Source: Paramecium tetraurelia (Eukaryota). Taken from it: 64,000 bases of DNA. The DNA lies in the NCBI GenBank assembly GCA_000165425.1, contig CT868013.1:124001-188000 (forward strand). Direction: 5' to 3'. The number at the start of each line of letters is the position of its first letter. The stretch's first letter is position 1. Shown piece after piece: positions 54,462-64,000 of the stretch. The position numbers were made by a program, and so were the translations under genes. Below the pieces are notes generated by a model. That model worked only from the letters and a program-made list of their open reading frames with translations, searched no databases and was not told the DNA's origin.

Positions 54462-54772
54462 TTTTATTATAGAATCTAAATAAACATATTCAACTCATAT
54501 AACTATTTATCCATCTGGATTTTTCTTATAATCAAATTCTAAAAAGATTCTGTGTCAATTTCCAGGAAGGGTTGAGAATTTCATATTGCTCATTTTTCCC
54601 TCTGTCAAACAATTAAATCACCATAAAGATTCAACATATTAATCTATTAATTGTACATATCCCTGAGACCTATTAGTCATACAAATTAAAATAATATTTT
54701 TGTTGGTTATTATTATATAAAATATATTATCTACTAGAGAGATTGTTAAGATAGTGATATATTTATTTTAAA

Positions 54773-57321
54773 ATGCTAATTTATACAAGTTACTTATATG
54801 TGCAATTTTCAATAAAAAACACTTTTGTTCTTGTGGACATCATCATGAATAAGAATTACTCACTGCAATACACAATTATTAGTTCAATTTCTTTAGCAAT
54901 TTCAGTTTTATTATTGGTTATGGAGACACTTAAAAAACAAAATATTTATGCGAATAATATCGGTGCATCTTTGTTGTGCGTTCTAAATATAGAGTTCATC
55001 TACAATGATATCCCTTAGATAAATATGCTGCAATTGGGGACTTTCATAGCTCTTCTGATTACGCAATTCGAGGATGCTGAAAAATGGCATAAGTTTATGA
55101 AGCACTCAATCTTGGTATACTTTTTTGTCAGAACCTTCATACAATATAAGGAACAATTATACATAACCGAATTGTTGACGTGCTTTTTGTGGTAACCTTT
55201 GAATCATTGGATGTTACATCTGAAGAAAGAGGAAGATCGGATTGAGTCAAAGAAGCATCTGCAGGATATGAGCAAATACAACATCGAGTAAATTCCATAA
55301 CTAGTGAAGGATCAGTCGGAACAGGATGAATAGTGCAGCAGCATTTTGAGAAGTTTAAACATCCAACATAATTTGAATTAGTTGAAGCAATTGGATTTAA
55401 AGAATCCCTTTGTGCAAGACAAGGAGAATCTCATGAATAATCTCTCATTCAAAGGCTCAGACTTGCAGAAATCAACTAATACTTTAGACCTACCTCAAAT
55501 ATGGAATTTGCTGCCATTTGGCATAGGACTTATGAATAGTCAATGTGAGATGGTGATAAATAATTAAAAATTATTATAGTTTTTAAAAGTGTCGGATAAT
55601 GATGGAAGAAACATCATTTTAAATCTAGATTCATTATTAGAAAGGTAATATCCATTTATGAAAATAGTTGCGAATCCTGGGAGAGCAAATCCATCAAGTA
55701 AGTAGGTTCAAATCAGAGTAACCGTTAGAGCAAGAGGTTCCCCAAGGTTCCATAGTTGTCTCTAATATCAAGGAGTTTAAATGAGCAAAACTCTGTTCAC
55801 AATCCAGAGGGAGGCACCAACACCAATTTAAATAACAATATTGGCTTTTCTTCTAATCCAAATAACCAGATCAAGGATGAATTAATGACAACAAAGAGCA
55901 GATTCAAAAATTTGAATTTGTTGTTCACTAAATTTGCCTAAAAGTCTTCTTCTCTTACAAACAATGTGGATAATTCTGTGCAATCAATAGGATAAAACAT
56001 TCAGATAATTAAGATCATTTAGGATGTTGGGACTATGAAATACTATTTAAGGATTAAAGTATATGAGATTGAGATTAATAATAAAATATACTATCTCTTT
56101 TTGATTGAAAATATCACGAATAAGGAAGAATTACGGTAGTTGAACATTAGATACAAGTACCAATAGGCACTTTTAAATTCCTTGTGTCATGAATTAAGGA
56201 CTCCAATGAATAGTACATTGTCACAGTTAAATGCATTGTCGACATTGATTGCTCCCAATATAAGAGATAAGAATTTGTAACCAGCCATTATATCAGCCAA
56301 AAAGCTGATGTTTTAATTAAATGACATTTTGGATTATGCTTAAATTGATTGTAGGAACTTCCACTTGAGTAATTCCCAATTTGAGTTAAGTGAAATCTTT
56401 GAAATTTTGAAGGAGTTGTTTGAATAGGAATGCAAGGAGAAATAGTTAGACTTTTAATTGAAATCCAAGACTAATTACATGATCAATAGTGATAAAGAAA
56501 GAATCCTTAGAATTTTGGTGAATTTGATAGATAATTCAATTAAATTTACGAATTAGTGTGGTTCCATCTAAGTGAATGTTTCTGATCAAGAATCTCGCAT
56601 AATATTCTAAGTGGAAGATAATGGGGTTGGCATGTCAGAGAAGACTCTATATCAAATTAAAAACAGGGATGATGTGCAATTTTATGATTCACAATTATTC
56701 TAATAAACAAAATTAGGTCTAGGATTGAAGATCTCCCAATAAATAGCTAAATTTCTATGTTACAATAACGAGTTGATTATAGAGAGCACTGAGAATGAGT
56801 ATACAAGAATATCATTCAAGATAGAAAATCAGCAAAAACTTATTAGCTAGTAGAAGTTTCCATCATTCTATGGATGCAACATCACAATCAGTTGTAATTG
56901 CACTCAAATCTTGATCGTGGATGACGTAAGATTCAATCATAGTGCCATTGAGGCTCTATTATCATAACATAAAATGAAGATGGATAGTGCGTATAATGGT
57001 TAATAGGCAATTGAAAAAATTGAATAAAAATTGTAGTCTCCTTGTTGTAAAACTTATAAGCTAATTTTCATGGACATAGAAATGCCTGTCAAGAATGGCT
57101 ATTAGGCTTCAAAAGATGTAATCAATATGATAATATATCTATAGATCACTGAGATCATGACGCAGTAAAATATGAATGATTAATGTGCTATTGTGATGTG
57201 TTCTGCTTACAATGGGAATGAAAATAATGATAGTTTAAGGAATTGTGGCATAAAAGAGATATTACCAAAGCCAATAGAGTAAAAATAACTTAAACAATTA
57301 CTTGATAAATATTTATTATGA
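54773..57321 (+). CDS. Membrane hybrid histidine kinase (tandem copy 1)
   Basis: H-box NSLCHELRTPMN, N-box LVNLIDNSIKFT, G1 EDNGVGM, G2-like KLGLGL; receiver ILIVDD, IFMDIEMP, CSAY, PKP. Confidence 0.9.
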
Positions 57322-57337
57322 TTAAATTTATTAATAA

Positions 57338-59897
57338 ATGGAAGTACTTATAAAATTATTGATACTCTAATTAATAGTCAAGGACATCATTGATATAGCA
57401 TTTGTTCGGTAGGATAGCCATTTGATAACCATTTACTTAAATGTAATATCTCTAAGTATTGGGCTAATACTCGTCATACTTGATTACTGCAAATTATCAA
57501 TTAAATATTTAAAAGTGGGCCTCTTTGGATTATGTGCAATAAATTCAGAAATACCATTTTAACAAAAGATTAACTATGCCAATGTTGCTTACTTTGCATA
57601 CACAGCACTAATATTATTCAATACATACTCACAAAACCTATCCACTAGATTGATTGTCCACTTTTAACTACTATATGTTACTATTAGAGTTTCATTTACC
57701 TAAAATAGTTATGACTTACATACACTTCTGATCATGATCTCCTTGTAACCAATCAATCATTACATCATACATTAAATGACTAGTGTCAAGTGCTCTTCGT
57801 TCACTTAAACCCTCGTTTAATAAGAATAAAAATTTAAATAGACATAATTTGAATAAGATTAGTTATTATCAAGCGAAAGTAAAAGAGATTTCATTAAATA
57901 TGATCTGAATGAGAGCATCATTCTAAAAGCTTTTAATGGAGATATTGAAACTCCTCAACAAGAGCACAGATACATAGGCATTAACAAAGACCAAATGGAT
58001 CAAAGAATCATCATAAAAAAACATCCAAACAACTTACCAACAACCCTTTTATCAGATTCCAATTATAATATGGAGCCTTTAAAATTTGAAAGAAATACTA
58101 GTACTAAGTATTCAGAAATAGTCTCAATTTTGAATAATCTGCCTTTTGGTATACTGTTTGTAGATTAATCCTTAAAAGTTTTAGATTTTAATCAAAAAGT
58201 AACCTAACTACTAGGTTTAACTAATCCTTGTGATATAATTGCATTCTTAGATTAAGCTATTTAAAGGTAATGTTAATAGATTATTAAAGCGGAGACTTTT
58301 GTGAATTTAGATCATCTAAGAAAGTCAGAAAACCTTAAAAATCACCCAGAAAAAAGACATTTCAAAATTAACCTTCAATTAGTCCATAAAAAATATTCTT
58401 AGAAGAACACATTCAAGATGCATTCTCATAATACAACAACAATGCCTCTTAATTTAAAGGGGAGAGTGATGCCAATATAGGGAAAAACCTTAAGTCTATA
58501 TTTTAGAATTTCAAGAAAATCCACCAAAGTTAATTAACATCTTTGTCTCGTGATAACTTTCAATACATAATCAGAATGGATAATATGAATAAATCTGGTG
58601 GGAAGATCAAGTATAAGAGTTTGAAACTCAAAATATTTCAATTGGAAGGTTTTGTGTAATGGGAGTCTGTGGTTTATTTGTTCTTTTTGGAGAACATCAC
58701 CAAGAGAGAAGAATATAGATTGCTGAATCATAAGTACAAGTTTCAATAGGCCTTGCTTAATTCTTTATGTCATGAGCTGCGAACTCCGATCAATGGGACA
58801 GTGTCTTAGTTGTATGCATTGAAGGATCAATTGTCTTAGAGTTTGATTGAATCTCATTTGGATCCTGCCATTGTATCAGCCAAGAGGTTGCAATTCCAAC
58901 TCAATGATATCTTAGATTATGCTCAAATTTAATGTTCAGCTTTGATTTTGAATAAGTCCTGTTTCAAGTTATAGGAAGTTTATTAATTACTATATGAACT
59001 TTTTAATTTTGAGTGTGTCTAAAAGAACATCAATCTCATCATTGAAAATGTAAGTCATATCTCAATTTATACAGACAAAGAAAGACTGATTAGAATTTTC
59101 ATAAATTTATTGGATAACTCTGTCAAATTCACAAACAAGGGAGGCACTATCAAATTAATTACTCAAACGACTCCTCTTTACTATAAGTTATCAATTGAAG
59201 ATGATGGATAGGGCATTTCAGAAGAAGTCATCCAGAAAATTGAGTAATAAGCAGAATTATTATTCCAAGACTCACTTCACTATGATTCTAACAAACTTGG
59301 GCTAGGACTTAGGATCTCATAATAGCTAGCCAAATTTCTATATAAGGATCAGTTTTTTGAGATTGATTCCGTTTATGACAGATATACAAAAGTCAGTTTC
59401 AGAGTGTCAAATCAAATCCACAATTACTCCAATGAGTTCGAATTCGACAAACACGAAATCACTCAGATTTCAGATTGTGATTGTAGCAAGATTTTGATCG
59501 TTGATGATATCAGCTGCAACCATTTTGCCTTGTAAGTTTTGCTTAAGAAGTTCAAAGTGAAAACTGACAGTGCTTACAATGGTAATTCAGCAATCGACTT
59601 AGTCAAATAGAGATTTTCATAACAATGTTGCAAGACTTACCGATTAATTTTTATGGACATTGAAATGCCTGGTAAAAATGGATTTTAGGCCTCTAAAGAA
59701 GTAAGAGTGTTAATATATAGATAAATTAATTATTAAAGGAGCGAAATTTGAATGAAAGTTGTATTATAACAATGTATTCAGCCTATTCAGGAGATGATGA
59801 TGTTCTGATTGCTAGTCAATGTGGTATGAAAGAGCGTATCTCCAAACCCACTGATATACAAAAATTAGAATATCTTGTTAATAAGTACATACTATGA
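57338..59897 (+). CDS. Membrane hybrid histidine kinase (tandem copy 2)
   Basis: H-box NSLCHELRTPIN, N-box INLLDNSVKFT, G1 EDDGQGI, KLGLGL; receiver ILIVDD, IFMDIEMP, YSAY, SKP. Confidence 0.9.
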
Positions 59898-59949
59898 ATA
59901 TTATATATATATACATATATGAAATCTCTTAATAATTTATTTTATAGTA

Positions 59950-61445
59950 ATGCAAAATGAGACTAATAAAAGAGTGGCCTATTTTTATCATCCCCAAATA
60001 GGGAGATATCATTATGGTAAGGAACATCCAATGAAACCAAAAAGAATTGCAATGGCGCATAATTTAATTGTTAATTATGGGTAATGTATTATAAACATGA
60101 GTTAGTTTGTACCGAAACCTGGATGTATATATGAATCGGTAGGCTTCATTGAAAGAGATGGAGAAATTTCATGAGCCAGAATATTTGCAATATTTGAGTC
60201 AGTTCACAAGTGTTAGAAGTCAAATTGTGAATGAGTATCAACACTATAATCAACAGCCAAATATCACTCACTTTACAAGCCACATCTACAACGAGTTTGA
60301 TTTGTTAGATTATAATATACCACATACTCATGAGCCCATCGAGACAAATAATAATTATCCATAACCAAATAGTTTCAGAGTAGGAGACTCCACTGATAAC
60401 CCCAGCTTTCCAGGTCTATATGACTTTTGCCAATTGTCTGCAGGAGGATCAATTGATGCTGCTCATGTGTTGATTTCATAAGATGCAGAAATAGCCATTA
60501 ATTATTCAGGAGGTTTGCATCATGCCAAGAAAAGAGAGGCCAGTGGGATTCTGTTATGTGAATGACATTGTGATAGCCATATTGGAATTGTTGAGAGTAC
60601 ACCAGAGAGTTTTGTATGTTGATATCGATGTTCATCATGGAGATGGAGTTGAAGAGGCATTTCTTCTCACAAATAGAGTGATGACTTGTTCATTCCATCA
60701 ATATGGAGATGATTTCTTTCCAGGCTCAGGAGATATTGACAGTTATGGAGAAGGATTAGGTCGATATCATGCTCTCAATATCCCTTTGAAAATTGGTATG
60801 AATGATGAGACCTTCACAGAAATATTCCAGAAAATCATCACCTAAGTTATGGATATCTATAGACCAGAGGCTGTAGTCCTGTAATGTGGAGCTGATTCAC
60901 TATGTCATGATAGATTGGGAGGATATAATTTATCAACAAAAGGTCATGGTGCTTGTGTTGAATTCATGATTAAATACAATGTGCCCATCTTGGTATTAGG
61001 AGGAGGAGGATATACAATCTAAAATGTAGCTAGATGTTGGGCATATGAGACTGGATTGTGTTTAAACAAAAAGATTGATGCTCCTATTCCCACTTCTGAA
61101 ATCTATTATGAATATTATGCTCCAGACTACAAATTGCATTTCCCAATAAAACAAAATGTAGAAAACAAGAATAAGAAGGAAGAACTCCAAAGAATCGTAG
61201 AGAAAATATATGGGTATCTCAAATCCATTGAACCTGTTCCTGGCATTGGTTTTCATGATTTGCCTTAATCATTTTATCCAGAAATGAATGTAGAGGAAGG
61301 TACTTTATCTTTTAATTCCCTAGAAATCAATCCCGATCAACGTTATGAATAAACATTAAATTAATTCGAGGGAGCCCACTATGAAGAAGGAAATGAAATT
61401 TTAGTTGATCCATCCAATGGATTCTCAATACATAGAAGAGAATGA
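59950..61445 (+). CDS. Class I histone deacetylase (RPD3/HDAC1-3 family) with an apparent 1-nt frameshift
   Basis: [65 protein letters not shown]. An extra G at 60545-60547 breaks EASGFCY. Confidence 0.9.
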
Positions 61446-61940
61446 TAAACTATATATTTAATCAATTTTTGATGAACTCATTCTTTTATCAATAGATTAA
61501 TTAATGACCTAGTCTATTAAGCTTTACTAAAATTGAATAATGATATTAAATTTGAGTTATCTTAATTAAATTCTGTTCTTCAAAATTGATGAGTAAAGAA
61601 TAATGCATCTTCTCATAGAGCAATGATTGCATTGAATTTGATGAATAGAATTTCATGATTTAAATTTGTTCAGTTTATAATTAATATTGATATCAAGGTA
61701 TATTCATTCAGGATGTTATGGAGATGTATAACTGTTTGATGGCTTATCAGCAAAGTAGAGATGAGATTTAAGAGGAAAACATTAAAGAATGATATAAAAT
61801 ATATTTATATATTCTAATAATATGAGTACTATTGATAATAATATTAATCAGATATTAGATATGATATGTTATTATTAAGATTAGATGGGTGAAAATTAAT
61901 AAATGACCAAATAATTAATAAAAGATCAATAATTAATAAA

Positions 61941-63360
<1,420 letters not shown>

Positions 63361-63437
63361 TTTTGTGATTCTGTTTTAATTCATCATATATTTAAACATG
63401 CCAAATCACACATTTGCATAATTATTATTATTTTTTA

Positions 63438-64000
63438 ATGGCAACAGGCTACGACAGAATTGACCAAGAAACACTCAGGAGAGACGATCAACTTAATGGG
63501 TTGTTGTAGAGAATCAGATAAGATGTGATGAACGGATATGTTGTGGAGGTCAAAACTAGAGCCAATTCATATAATTAAGTAAGGAAATTGATCAAATTAG
63601 TTAGAGAATAATTCTAAGTAAAGTTCTGGATTACCCTCTATGAGCAATTCAATAGTTAAACATCCTCTGATTCAATAAAATGATTAACGCAAAGATTTAG
63701 ATGAAATTGCTGTAATTTCATAACGAGATCAATTATAAATGCTAAACCATTCCAAAGCACTTGGCTTTTCCCCTCCCAAAGTCAAAAGTGAAATAGTCAA
63801 GCCAGTTGTCGTCAACCAAGAATTGTCTCCCCAATAAACTCATCATTCAATTCCATAGAAAGAAGAACCTGCCCCTCAAAAAACCATCTCCCAACAATTG
63901 GATGAAATAGAAACGAATGCAGATACAGGTGATTGTTATAACAACATTAAAATCTTGAAGAAAATCAACGCTTAGCTCTAACAGTCAATGAAAGAAAGCA
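63438..64000 (+). CDS. Hypothetical protein, 3' end beyond window
   Basis: MATGYDRIDQETLRRDDQLNGLLQRIRQDVM... with a short GT-AG intron; frame open to the window end. Confidence 0.6.

Noticed and set aside
40687..59897. Bacterial contamination or operon suggested by histidine kinases and Cache domains
   Set aside because: These genes use TAA/TAG as Gln, the kinases contain ciliate-type introns, and all are interleaved with clearly eukaryotic genes.

Overview
AT-rich, gene-dense eukaryotic DNA that reads as a Paramecium (ciliate) macronuclear chromosome segment. TAA/TAG encode Gln, TGA is the only stop, introns are about 20-30 nt GT...AG, and intergenic spacers can be as short as 16-30 nt. 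The supplied standard-code ORF track therefore fragments every gene, so I re-translated by hand with the ciliate code; boundaries are approximate where stated. About 37 genes or pseudogenes are visible. Signalling and channel genes: four CNBD-family K+ channels, three membrane hybrid histidine kinases, two Cache-domain membrane receptors (one ending in HAMP-TPR-vWA), a membrane-anchored ATF6-like bZIP, a DEG/ENaC-like 2-TM protein and two Ser/Thr kinases. Others: syntaxin 5, BCH-RhoGAP, RING-SPRY, PP2A B55, RPS12, RPS27, ICL1 centrin, a J-protein, a potato-inhibitor-I protein, a beta-hydroxyacid dehydrogenase, a P-loop-less adenylate-kinase-like protein and a class I HDAC with a 1-nt frameshift. 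There is one 66-N assembly gap. The most notable observations are K+ channels with an uncharged S4, degenerate cNMP pocket and CCHC zinc knuckle; the Cache-HAMP-TPR-vWA receptor; the ATF6-like bZIP; and tandem histidine kinases with altered ATP-lid motifs.
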